From assembly GCA_963816185.1 (NCBI GenBank), contig CAWFJJ010000015.1, positions 1 through 16,361 on the forward strand: 16,361 bases of DNA. The letters run 5' to 3'. How positions within the stretch are numbered: position 1 is the first letter of the stretch; the number at the start of each line of letters is the position of its first letter. Of this stretch, positions 6,642 to 16,361 are shown in pieces. The position numbers and the translations under genes were made by a program. The DNA comes from Thermoanaerobaculia bacterium. Its GTDB lineage: Bacteria; Acidobacteriota; Thermoanaerobaculia; UBA5066. Under the pieces are notes generated by a model. That model was not told where the DNA came from and ran no database searches. It was given only the letters and a program-made list of their open reading frames with translations.

Positions 6642-9261
6642 ATGAAGATGCTCTTACGCGCGGCACGGTATCTCGGCGCAGCGGCTCTCTTGGTGGCCTC
6701 CTCAACGATGGCGGCAGGACGGGACGAAGGAGCGCCGCCGCAGGCCGGTACGGGTCCGCTTTACCGTTCCGTCACCCGTCATCCGGTGGCGGTCGCCCCG
6801 GTCGTCGAAGACCTGGCGACGGCCGCGCGCCGCGATCGCGAGACCCATCGCTCGCGGCCGCCGATTATGACGAGCCAACGGTGCCCGGAAATCGACGAGC
6901 CTGCGCTCTCTGGAACGAAGCCGGCCACGCGTTCATCGCGGGGGAGAGCCCCGCTCTTCCTCGCGACGCCGTCGCCTCTTCCCGATCTGCAATTCGACAC
7001 GAACCCGTTCTCGAATCTCAACCGTCCCGACAGCGCGATCGCGGCGGGGCCCTCCGATCTCGTGACCGCAGTCAACTTCGCCTTCCAGGTGCAGGATCTC
7101 GACGGCGGGAACGTCGAATCGACCGGTGTCAACTCGTTCTTTCCCGGCGATCCCACGCACTCGGTCGGCGATCCTCGGCTGAGCTACGACCAGGCGAGCG
7201 GCCGATTCATCATGTCCTGGCTCGGGTTCGACTACCCCGGCACGAACGAGCCTCCCACTGCGGGCGACTCCTACTGCGACGTGGCCGTCTCCGCGACCTC
7301 GGATCCGCGGGGCGCCTGGAACAAGTACACGTTCCACGTCCTTCGCAACGGGACCGAGCAGATGGACTTCGACAGCCTGGGCTACGACGGCAAGGCGATC
7401 TACGTCACCGCGAGGATGCGCGACTTCGCGAACAACACGCAGTTCAGCGGAAATCGGATCCTGATCCTCGACAAGGCGAAGGCGCTGGCCGGCCAGGCGC
7501 TCGCCCCGCTCATCGTGGACGATCTCATGCTGCCCGGCGGGGGTCTCGCCGAAGTCATCAAGCCTGTCGAGTCGGCCGAGCCCGTCACTCCGACCTCGCC
7601 GGCGTATTTTCTTTGCGCGAAGGGGAACAATGCGGTCGCGCTGTACACGCTCGCGGATCCTCTCGGATCGCCGTCGTTCGGAAGCGTCTCGATCCCCATC
7701 CCGGCGTGGCAGAAGGCCGGACTGGCGCCCCAGGCGGGAGGTCTGCCGGACCTGGGTCAGGAGGCGGGAACGCCGCTTCACAAGACGGTGATCCGCGACG
7801 GAGTGATCTGGTCGTGCCAGTCCCCCTCCGCGACGGGCGTCGCGGACGAGCGATCCGGCGTCGTGGTCTACAAGATCGATGCGGCCGCTGGGACTCTCCT
7901 CGAGAGCCACGCGATCTCGGATCCGTCCATCTGGTACTACCTGCCGGCCGTCATGCCGGACCTTTCCGGAAACGCGGTCGTCGTGTTCGCCGGATCGGAC
8001 GCGACCCACTTCGCCTCCATCTACTACGCGCGATACGTCGCGGCGCTCGGCGATTTCGAGGCGCCGGTGCTGGTGGCGGCGGGCACGACCAACTTCAGCT
8101 CGAGCGGGACGCCGCAGAGCGAGGAAGCCTGGGGCGACTACCTGGACGCGGCGCCCGGCGTCGCCAGCGGCAGCCGGGAGATCTGGATCCACGGCGAGCT
8201 TCCGGCCACGGCGACGACCTGGAAGATGCACGCCGCGCGCATCCCTTCGACTCCGCGGCCGATCATCGGCGTGAGCAGCACCTCCCTGCAGTACGGCACG
8301 GTCTGCGTCGGCGAAACGAAGGACGTGACCCTGACCGTATCCAACAGCGGGACCGCCGACCTCGACGTCGCGAGCATCCTGCGGATCTCGGGAAGCGCGG
8401 AGTTCTCCCTCGCCGGAGGCGCGGCGTTGCCAACCACCATCACGCCGGGCGGCCACGCCGACTACACGATCCGGTTCGCCCCTCGCTCCCGGCCGGATCT
8501 CGGACGGCCGCGTTCCGAGTCGCGAGCGACGACCTCTGACACCCACGATCGACATCGCCACAGCCGGCACCGTCGCGGCCATTCAGATGGGCTCCACGAC
8601 ACATCTCGCTTTCCCGCCGACCGTCATCGGCGGCACGTGCTTCACGCAGCTGCCCCTTTCGATCCAGAACGCTGGAACGTGCAACCTGACGATCAATGCG
8701 GTCGGCGTTAGCGGAGCGGATGCGTCCGAATTCACCCTGGTCGGTCAACCCTCGGGAGGATTCCCGGTCACGCTGGCTCCGGGGCAGAGCCTGGGGAGCG
8801 GTCTGGCGGTGCAGTTCCGCCCCAGCGCCGTCCGATTCCATCAGGCGCAGATCGCCGTGACCTATGTCTCGGACCCGGGCGCGCAGCCGCCGGCGACCAG
8901 CGCCGTGACGATTCCCGTTTACGGGGAAGGAGTCAACACGGGAGCGCGCGTCCTCGTGACCTTGAACGGGGTTCCGGTGAGCGAGGTCGAGAAGCTGCAT
9001 CTGCAGCTCGCCGATCCATCGCGCAACGGCAGAAACGAGGTCACCCACGATCTGCCGCTCGTCGCGGTCGTCGGGCCGACCCCCGAACTGACGTACCAGT
9101 ACCACCGCGAGTGGGGCGGCGCGTCGAACCCCGCGGGCCTTCCGCCCGACGACTACAAGATCACCGTGACGATTCGCGTGGGTAACAAGCGCCAGACGCA
9201 GACGGTGTTCTTCACGGTCCAGCCGTGCGGTTTCGCGAACGTGGTCGTCAGCTTCTTCTAG
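6642..9261 (+). CDS. Large secreted protein: beta-rich N-terminal domain plus two Ig-like (choice-of-anchor D/ASH-like) domains; two frameshifts
   Basis: RBS GGGAGG, ATG6642 and a signal peptide. N-domain motifs are PDSAIAAGP, GDPRLSYD, DFDSLGYD and WGDY. Ig-like repeats read LQYGTVCVG...VSNSGTADL...FAP and LAFPPTVIG...IQNAGTCNL...FRP. Frameshifts near 8488 and 8533 join ORF 8587..9261. Confidence 0.8.
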
Positions 9262-9315
9262 CGAGGGACGGAGGGAGGACGCGCCCCGCACGTCAGATAA
9301 TGATCGTGCGACTCG

Positions 9316-10741
9316 ATGAGCCTGTTGCCCGGCACCCCTCTCGGCCCCTACGAGATCATCTCGCCCCTCGGGACGGGCGGGATGGGGGAGGTCTACCGGG
9401 CGAGGGACTCGCACCTCGGGCGAATGGTCGCGCTGAAGGTACTGCCGGAAGATTTAATGGAGGATGAAGACAGGGAGCAGCGGTTCGGGCGCGAGGCGCG
9501 CACGCTCGCAACACTGAACCACCCGAACGTCGCGGCGGTTTTCTCCTTCGAAGAAATCCCCGGCACCCCTTCCCGCCACGTCCTCGTGATGGAGCTCCTC
9601 GAAGAGACGACGCTGCGCGACAAGCTGGACTCGGGGCCGATCGCCCAGCGGCAGGTCGTCGACTACGCCCTGCAGATCGCCAAAGGCCTCTCGGCGGCCC
9701 ATGAGAAAGGAATCGTCCACCGGGACCTCAAGCCCGAGAACCTCTTTGTCTCGAAGGACGGCCACCTGAAGATCCTCGACTTGGGCACAGGGGAGGGCAC
9801 CGTCCGCCGTCCCGACGAGAGCCCTCGCCGCCTACGACGCCTTCCTCAAGGGCGAGGACGCCTCGAAAGGCATGGGAGTCATCGATCCGCCCAGCATTCG
9901 GAAGGCGCTCGAGTTCTACGAGCAGGCCGTCGCGTTGGATCCCGACTTCGGGCAGGCGTGGGCACGAGTATCACAGGCCAGCTCGGGCCTGTATTTCTTC
10001 AGCACTCCCACACCCGTGCTGGCGGAGCGCGCGAAGCAGGCCGCGGAGAGGGCAGTCGTGCTCGATTCCGGCCGGCCCGAGGGGTATCTGGCTCTTGGCA
10101 CGTACGAGCGGCTGGTTGTCGGGGACTTGAACCGAGCCTTGGAGCAGTTCGCACATGGACAACGGATTGCGCAGGGCGACAGCCATCTCCTCGGGGAATC
10201 GCGCTGGCCGAGGAGGCTCTCGGACGATGGGAAGCGGCGGTGGAGCACTTCAGGCAGGCGGAGCGCCTCGATCCCCGCTCGCCCGGCCGCTACACGCATT
10301 CGACGACGACCGGGGCGTTTGGGGACTCTGCCTCACCCAGGCCTGCGCCTTGCTGGACGATGCGACGAACGCTCGTATTACGCCGAAGAGGCGAGAAGGA
10401 CTTTCGAGGAGCAGCTCGGCGCGGCGGCGGGGGATTCACAGCGTCACGTCGTTCTCGGCCTCGCGCTGGCTTACCTCGGCCGGAAAGAGGAAGCGATTCG
10501 GGAAGGCGAGCGCAGTGTCGCTCTGCTGCCCTTGACCAAGGATGCAGCCGCAGCCCCCTACAACCAGCACCAGCTCGCCCGCATCTACATGCTCGTCGGC
10601 GAACAGGAAAAGGCCCTCGACGTGCTGGAGCCGCTTCTGACGATCCCCTACTACCTGTCGCCCGGCTGGCTCAGGATCGACCCCAACTTCGACCCGCTGC
10701 GAAAAAACCCGAGGTTCCAGAAGCTCGTGGCGGGGAAGTAG
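9316..10741 (+). pseudogene. Hanks-type Ser/Thr kinase-TPR protein with internal deletions
   Basis: LGTGGMGEVY, VALK, REA and HRDLKPEN are present, then KILDLG (DFG altered). The sequence then jumps to [12 protein letters not shown] and TPR-like helices (ALEFYEQAVALDPDF...WLRIDPNFDPLRKNPRFQKL). Kinase subdomains VIII-XI are absent, and several frameshifts are present. Confidence 0.8.
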
Positions 10742-10805
10742 GCGAGGCGCCGCTCCAGCCAGCAGGGGGGCTTGTCATATCCTCCGTTCCCATCGGAGGT
10801 AACAC

Positions 10806-12838
10806 GTGGCTTCTGAAGTTTCTTCCTTGAAGCTGACGCACGCGTCTGCACTCTGTACGTGCTCGTGGCGCTCTCAGGCGCGTTTCTCTTCGCGCGGCCC
10901 GCGACCGCGCAGGCTCCGGCCGCGAAGGCCGCTCCCACGCCGACGCCGCCGCCCGTCATGTACCCCGCGCTGCCGAGCGAGATGCCGGCGAGCTTCGTGC
11001 CGACGTACGACGGCTTCGACTACGTGAGGCGCGAGGTGATGATCCCGATGCGCGACGGCGTCAAGCTGCACACGGTCATCCTCGTGCCGAAGTCGGCCCT
11101 GGGCGCGAAGAAGGCGCCGATCCTCCTCACGCGGACGCCCTACGACGCCGACAAGCTCACGACGATCAACGAGAGCTCCCATCTCGGTATGGCGCTCGAC
11201 GGCTACGACAACCCCGTCGAGACGATCGTCGAGGGCGGCTACATCCGCGTCGTGCAGGACGTGCGCGGCAAGCACGGCTCCGAGGGCGATTACGTGATGA
11301 ACCGCCCCGTGCACGGGCCGCAGAACCCGACGCCCGTGGACCACGCGACGGACACGTACGACACGATCGACTGGCTCGTGAAGAACGTCCCGGAGACGAA
11401 CGGCAAGGTGGGGATCCTCGGGATCTCGTACGACGGATTCCTGCCGCTCATGGCGCTCGTGAACCCGCACCCCGCGCTCAAGGTCTCCGTGCCGATGAAC
11501 CCGATGGTGGACGGCTGGATGGGCGACGACTGGTTCCACAACGGCGCCTTCCGCCAGCTCGGGATTTCGTACTTCTACGATCAGGAAGCGGACCGCAAGT
11601 CGGAGAAGAAGTGGTGGACGAGCCACTTCGACGACTACGACACGTTCATGGAAGCGGGGTCGGCGGGGGAGCTCGGCCGCCGCCGGGGGCTGGAGCAGGT
11701 CGGGATGTGGAGAAAGGTCCTCGCGCATCCGAGCTACGACGCCTTCTGGCGCGATCAGGCCGTCGACAAGGTCCTCGCGGCGCTGCCGCTGAAAGTGCCC
11801 GTGATGCTGGTTCACAGCCTGTGGGATCAGGAGGACATTTACGGCGCGACCGCCGTCTACAAGGCGATCAAGCCGAAAGATACGGGCAACGACAAGGTGT
11901 TCCTCGTGCTGGGGCCCTGGCATCACGGCCAGGAGATTCGCGAGGGAAGCGCGCTCGGCGCGATCAAGTTCGACAGCGACACGGCCCTCACGTTCCGGCG
12001 CGAGATCCTTCGGCCTTTCCTCGACCAGTACCTCGTGGACGGCGCTCCGAAGGCAAACCTCGCGCCCGTCACGGCGTTCGAGACCGGGACGAACACGTGG
12101 CGGCGGCTGCCCGCGTGGCCGGCCGGCTGCGCGAGCGGATGCACGGTGAAGGCGACGCCGCTCTATCTCGCCTCCGGGTCCAAGCTCAGCTTCGCCGCGC
12201 CGAAGCCGGGCGACGGGGCGTTCGAGGAATACGTCTCCGATCCCGCCAGGCCCGTGCCCTTCGTCGCGCGCCCTGTCGTTCCGAACAGCTTCGACAAGGG
12301 CACCCAGTGGCGGGGATGGCTCGTGAGCGATCAGCGGGAGGCATCCGGACGCCCGGACGTCGCCGTGTTCGAGTCGGACGTCCTGACCGAGCCGCTCAAG
12401 ATCAGCGGACAGCCGATCGCGAACCTGGTCGCCTCGACGAGCGGAACGGACTCCGACTGGGTGGTCAAGCTGATCGACGTCTACCCCGACGAAGTCGCGG
12501 GCCAGCCGCCGATGGGCGGTTATCAGCTCGCGGTCTCGATGGACATCTTCCGCGGCCGGTACCGCGAGAGCCTCGAGACGCCGAAGGCGATCGAGGCCGG
12601 CAAGGCGCTCCTCTACCGCTTCGCGCTCCCGAACGCGAACCACGTCTTCCTGCCGGGGCACCGGGTGATGGTGCAGGTGCAGTCGAGCTGGTTCCCTCTC
12701 TACGACCGCAACCCGCAGACGTTCGTGCCGAGCATCTTCTGGGCGAAGCCCGGGGACTACAGGAAAGCCACGCAGCGGATCTACCACGCTCCGGGACAGG
12801 CGAGCTTCATCGAGCTGCCGCTCGTGAGGACGCCCTGA
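10806..12838 (+). CDS. CocE/NonD-family hydrolase, alpha-amino acid ester hydrolase type
   Basis: Motifs: IPMRDGVKLHT, RTPY, QDVRGKHGSEG, catalytic GISYDG, DGWMGDDWFH, WDQEDIYG and GPWHHG. A signal peptide ends ...PATA-Q. RBS GGAGGT with GTG10806 needs one frameshift before 10859; otherwise the start is GTG10859. Confidence 0.93.
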
Positions 12839-12864
12839 TCGGGACCGTCTAATATCGAGGCGCC

Positions 12865-13371
12865 ATGAGGAAGAGGCTTGCCGCACTGGTCCTTCTCGCG
12901 GCCGCCGGCGGGGCCGCCGCGCAGGTCAATCCGGGCGGCAAGATCGTGGAGACGAAGGACGGAATCGTCTTTCAGAAGAACACGCCGAACCCCCGGCCCA
13001 CGCCGTCGAGGTCTGAACGCTCTTCGAACGCCGGCGGCGGACCCGTGACCGTGCCGTCCGCGCAAGGCCCGACGGGCCCGGCCGTCGTGAACGCGGCCTT
13101 CGTCACGTTCCGGGGCACGGTCGTGCGGATCGAAAAGGGCACGGCGATCACGATTCGCGACGGCCGCTCCGGCAAGGAACGGCGTCTGCTGATCGCCAAG
13201 GCCGCGGTCGTTGCCGAGGGAATCAAGGAAGGCGATGCGGTCGCCGTGCGCGTCCCGCTCGAAGAGGGCTCCGGCGCCCGCACGGCCGATCGGGTGGAGT
13301 TGCAGAAGACCCCCGCGGCGACGGAGCAGAAGTCGAAGTTCACGCAGGCGCAAGCGCCCGGAACCCGCTGA
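12865..13371 (+). CDS. Secreted hypothetical protein with a small beta-barrel (OB-like) C-terminal domain
   Basis: Signal peptide MRKRLAALVLLAAAGGAAA-Q, a Pro-rich linker, then FRGTVVRIEKGTAITIRD...GIKEGDAVAVRV...ADRVEL. Codon usage looks coding. Confidence 0.75.
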   Translation: MRKRLAALVLLAAAGGAAAQVNPGGKIVETKDGIVFQKNTPNPRPTPSRSERSSNAGGGPVTVPSAQGPTGPAVVNAAFVTFRGTVVRIEKGTAITIRDGRSGKERRLLIAKAAVVAEGIKEGDAVAVRVPLEEGSGARTADRVELQKTPAATEQKSKFTQAQAPGTR

Positions 13372-13441
13372 TCGGCTGAGAGGAAGGTTCGTGACGTGCT
13401 TCGCGTCCTCGCCTGAACCCGCCGTCTTGAGGCCCGAGAGC

Positions 13442-13447
13442 TAGAAT
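13442..13447 (+). promoter_or_regulatory. Putative -10 element for the SPFH operon
   Basis: TAGAAT lies 10 nt upstream of GTG13458. No clear -35 or SD sequence was found. Confidence 0.35.
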
Positions 13448-13457
13448 CCAACCCGCC

Positions 13458-14162
13458 GTGAACTCCACAATCGCGCGGGCTCTCAGCATGCTGGCGCGTG
13501 AGCCGTCCGCCTCCGTCCGGGCGCTCGACGGGTTCGTGGATTCGCTCCTCCAGACGTTCGAGAACTGCCGCCCGGGCCTGAACGACCGGCTTCTCGGGGG
13601 CAGATGGCGAGGCGCCGGAGGCGTTCTTCTCGGGCCTCTACGAGAAGGAGACCCCGCGCCTCAAGGACATCATCCGCCGCGAGGAGTCGCTCCTGACGCA
13701 CCCGGCTGCGAGGAGTTCTTCCGGCAGGTGGACGATCTGGTCCGCAAGGTCGTGATTCCCGCGTACGTGCGCCTCGCCGTGCGGTTCACGCCCCGCGAAC
13801 GGAACGGCTTCTACCTCGCGCCGGAGCCGTTCCACGGCCTCGAGCGCTTCGGCTGGGCGTCGCCGGCGTGGCCGTCGGGGCCCTCGTCGTCTGGGCCCCG
13901 TTCATTCCGCTCTGGTCGAAGGAGTGGGTCATCCCGTTCATGGTCGGGGGGCTCGTGTTTCCGAACGTCCGGCGGTTCTGTGGTCCGCCGGTACGAAGGG
14001 GAGCTGAACCGCCTCGTGGCGAGGGCGGACCGCGAGATCGCCCGCATCGACTCGCACTACCTGACGGCCGGCGAGCCTTCGGAGCAGGCGTCGCGTCACG
14101 GTGCCGGGCGCCGCCGGTGCGCGCCGCCGCAGGCGCAGAAGACGATGACAGGAAGCTCCTGA
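13458..14162 (+). CDS. Uncharacterised membrane protein with two adjacent TM helices (several compensating frameshifts)
   Basis: Reconstructed as ...EAFFSGLYEKETPRLKDIIRREE...EEFFRQVDDLVRKVVIPAYVRLAVRFTPRERNGFY...ERFGW/VAGVAVGALVVWAPFIPLWSKEWVIPFMVGGLVFPNVRRF/VRRYEGELNRLVARADREIARIDSHYLT. Its stop overlaps the next ATG (TGATG). Confidence 0.75.
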   Translation: MNSTIARALSMLAREPSASVRALDGFVDSLLQTFENCRPGLNDRLLGGRWRGAGGVLLGPLREGDPAPQGHHPPRGVAPDAPGCEEFFRQVDDLVRKVVIPAYVRLAVRFTPRERNGFYLAPEPFHGLERFGWASPAWPSGPSSSGPRSFRSGRRSGSSRSWSGGSCFRTSGGSVVRRYEGELNRLVARADREIARIDSHYLTAGEPSEQASRHGAGRRRCAPPQAQKTMTGSS

Positions 14163-15308
14163 TGGTGGGGTCGCGGGAAAAAGGGCGCCCTCGACGCTCT
14201 GAAGGCGTCCGTGAGGCGCCTCGGGATCCTGGGCGTCCTCGGAATCCTGGCCGTGGTCTTTCTCTACGTCGGCCTGCACCGCTCGCGTCCTGCCCAACGA
14301 GTGGGGCGTCGAGCAGCGGAAGTTCGGCTTCAAGACGGGCATCGTGGAGAAGACGTTCGGGCCGGGCCTCTACTTCGTCGGGCCGGGACGCACGATGCAC
14401 ACGTTCCCGCGCGAGATCCACGTCCTCGAGGCCTCGTACGACCGGCGAGCGCAGAGCGAAGACCGCCGAGCGTCCGCGAGAGGCGGAGTTCTTCGCGGCG
14501 CGACAAGTCCTCGGCCAGGACGACCCACCGGGTCATCGACGCCATCAACGTCCAGACCTCCGACGGCTACGCCGTCAGCTGCCGACGTGACGCTCCTCTA
14601 CTCGATCGCGGACCCGGTGCAGGATCGCGAAGGACTTCGGCTGGGGCACGCTCTACGTCGACAGTCCTTCGTCGATCAACACGTTCCGCAACGGCGTCCT
14701 GCACGACGCTCGGCAAGATGAACGCCGAGGCGTTCTACAACGAGGAGATGCGCATCGCGGCGGTCACGAGGCGGAGACGATCCTGCAAGGCAGCGCTTCG
14801 CCGAGCGCGGCTTCCGGGTCGAGAAGCTCCTCCTCCGCAACTACGCGCTACGTGCCGAACTACGAGAAGTCGCTCCACGACAAGAAGGTCGCCGTCCAGC
14901 TCGCCGAGAAGAACCGCAAGGAAGGCCTCGTCAACGAGGAGAAGGCGAAGCTCGCAGCAGATCGAGTCGAAGGGGAACGCCGCCATCACGATCGCCGAGT
15001 CGGAGGTGAGCGCGAAGATCGCCAAGATCCGGGCCGAGGCCGAGCTCTACTCCTCGCAGGCGCGCGCGAAGGGCGACAAGGAGGTCAACGTCGCCGCGGC
15101 CGAGGCCAAGCGGCTGAAGGCCGACGCGCTCAACTCCGCGGGCGGGCGCTACGTCGTCGCGCTCGAGACCGCGAAGATGTTCGACAACATCGAGGGCGCG
15201 GTCATGACGCCCGAGCAGTACATCGCGTTCATCCGCAACGCCTGGGCGTCATCGGCGTCAGCCCGGGGACCGCCCCACCGCCGCGCCCGGCGGGAGGTGA
15301 AGAAGTGA
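14162..15308 (+). CDS. SPFH/Band 7 domain protein 1 (HflK/HflC-like); multiple frameshifts
   Basis: N-terminal TM (LGILGVLGILAVVFLYVG), then EWGVEQRKFG...GPGLYFVGP, INVQTSDGY...ADVTLLYSIADP, TLGKMNAEAFY and an Ala/Glu-rich coiled coil (IAKIRAEAELYS...AAEAKRLKADAL). Confidence 0.85.
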
Positions 15309-16359
15309 GCGGCGCGCGACGGTCCGCGCGTGCGCGGCACTGCGCCTCGCGCTCTCGCTCTCCGGCTGCGGCGCGACGAACTCGACCGAGGTGGGCGTGA
15401 GGACGAGCCTCTTCGGCATCTTCGAGAAGCGCGGCGCGCAGGAGATCTACGCGCCCGGCGGCGTCTACTTCTTCCTGCCGGTCGTCAACAGCTGGACCAC
15501 GCTCTCCGATCTCCCAGCAGAACCTCCTGATGAACGCCGAACCCCGGCGAGGGGGACCGCCCGGTCCCCGACGACATCACGTTCAAGACGAAGGACGGCA
15601 ACAACGTCTACATCGACGTGAACGTCATGTGGCGGATCGACCCGAAGAAGGCCGGCTTACCTCATCTCGAACGTCGGCCAGTCGGTCGACGAGATCAAGG
15701 AGCGGCTCGTCAGGCCCGATCTCGCGCTCCGTGATCCGCGACATCTTCAACGAGATCACCAGCGAGGAGTACTACCAGGTCACGATCAAGAACGCGATGG
15801 CGGCGAAGGCCCGGGAGGCGCTCGTCGAAGGAGCTCGCGCCGTACGGGATCCTCATCGACTATGCTCCAGGTCCAGCAGCACCGCTTCGACCCGGAGTAC
15901 CAGGCGGCGATCAACGCGCAGAAGCAGGCCGAGGCCGACCTGCAGAAGCTCGTCGAGCAGCAGAAGAACATGGTGGTCCAGAAGCAGAGCGAGCTGGAGG
16001 GCAAGCGCGCCGAGTGGAACAAGCGCGCTCGAGGACGCCCGCGGCGAGGCCGGGCGCCTCAAGAACGACGCCGACGGCTACTACCAGACGAAGACGAACC
16101 AGGCCAAGGCGGTCGTCGCGGTGGCGCAGGCCGAGGCGGAGGGGATCCGCAAGGAGGCCGAGGCGCTCGGCAAGCTGGGCGGGCGACGCCTACGTCAAGA
16201 TGCAGGTCGCCAAGCAGTTCGCGCAGAAGAAGATCCTCATCGTCCCGGGCGTCGAACGTCTCGACGATGAACGTGAACGAGATGGTCGACTACCTGCTCG
16301 GCAAGGCTCCGGCTCCGCCCGCGGCCGAGCCGGCTCCGGCGCCCGAGACGAAGCGCTAG
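15305..16359 (+). CDS. SPFH/Band 7 domain protein 2, predicted lipoprotein; multiple frameshifts
   Basis: RBS GGGAGG, and GTGA overlap with the upstream stop. LSGC lipobox at 15358..15369, then TEVGVRT, PGGVYFFLPVVNSW, FKTKDGNNVYIDVNVMWRIDP, SRSVIRDIF, YGILID...QQHRFDPEYQAAI and coiled coil AQAEAEGIRKEAEAL. Confidence 0.85.
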
Positions 16360-16361
16360 TT

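Noticed and set aside
6881-8582. 552 aa alternative-frame and 549 aa antisense ORFs
   Set aside because: Both are shadow frames of the secreted protein. Only the last ~15 codons of 6881..8539 are real, via a frameshift.
10874-12886. 670 aa antisense ORF
   Set aside because: It mirrors the hydrolase gene, is Arg/His/Val-rich and has no motifs. This is a typical high-GC stop-poor antisense frame.
13458-16359. Dense frameshifts as pseudogenisation or programmed frameshifting
   Set aside because: Single-base indels occur in many unrelated genes and increase toward the window end. Motifs, codon bias and gene overlaps are intact and no slippery-site pattern was seen, so sequencing error is the simplest explanation. 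Polishing would settle it.
1-16361. tRNA, rRNA, CRISPR array, integrase or transposase, intrinsic terminators
   Set aside because: None was recognised by eye: no regularly spaced repeats and no hairpin followed by a U-tract. A covariance-model search was not possible.

Overview
High-GC (~68-70%) bacterial window. The gene style suggests Acidobacteriota/Thermoanaerobaculia, but that is inference only. Many single-base indels, densest after ~13.6 kb, look like long-read sequencing errors. In order: an SRPBCC gene; a ~1.5 kb lower-GC insert bracketed by a diverged ~118 bp repeat of the SRPBCC 3' end, holding one ~356 aa uncharacterised gene and two possible nuclease/hydrolase relics; a TfoX-N-like gene; a SAM methyltransferase; an exported FMN-binding split-barrel protein; a MetX-family acyltransferase with the serine-type GLSP motif; a GT-C-like membrane glycosyltransferase; a large secreted Ig-domain protein; an internally deleted Ser/Thr kinase-TPR pseudogene; an alpha-amino acid ester hydrolase; a small secreted protein; and a translationally coupled operon of a 2-TM protein plus two SPFH proteins, the second with a lipobox. 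No RNA genes, CRISPR arrays, integrases or transposases were recognised.
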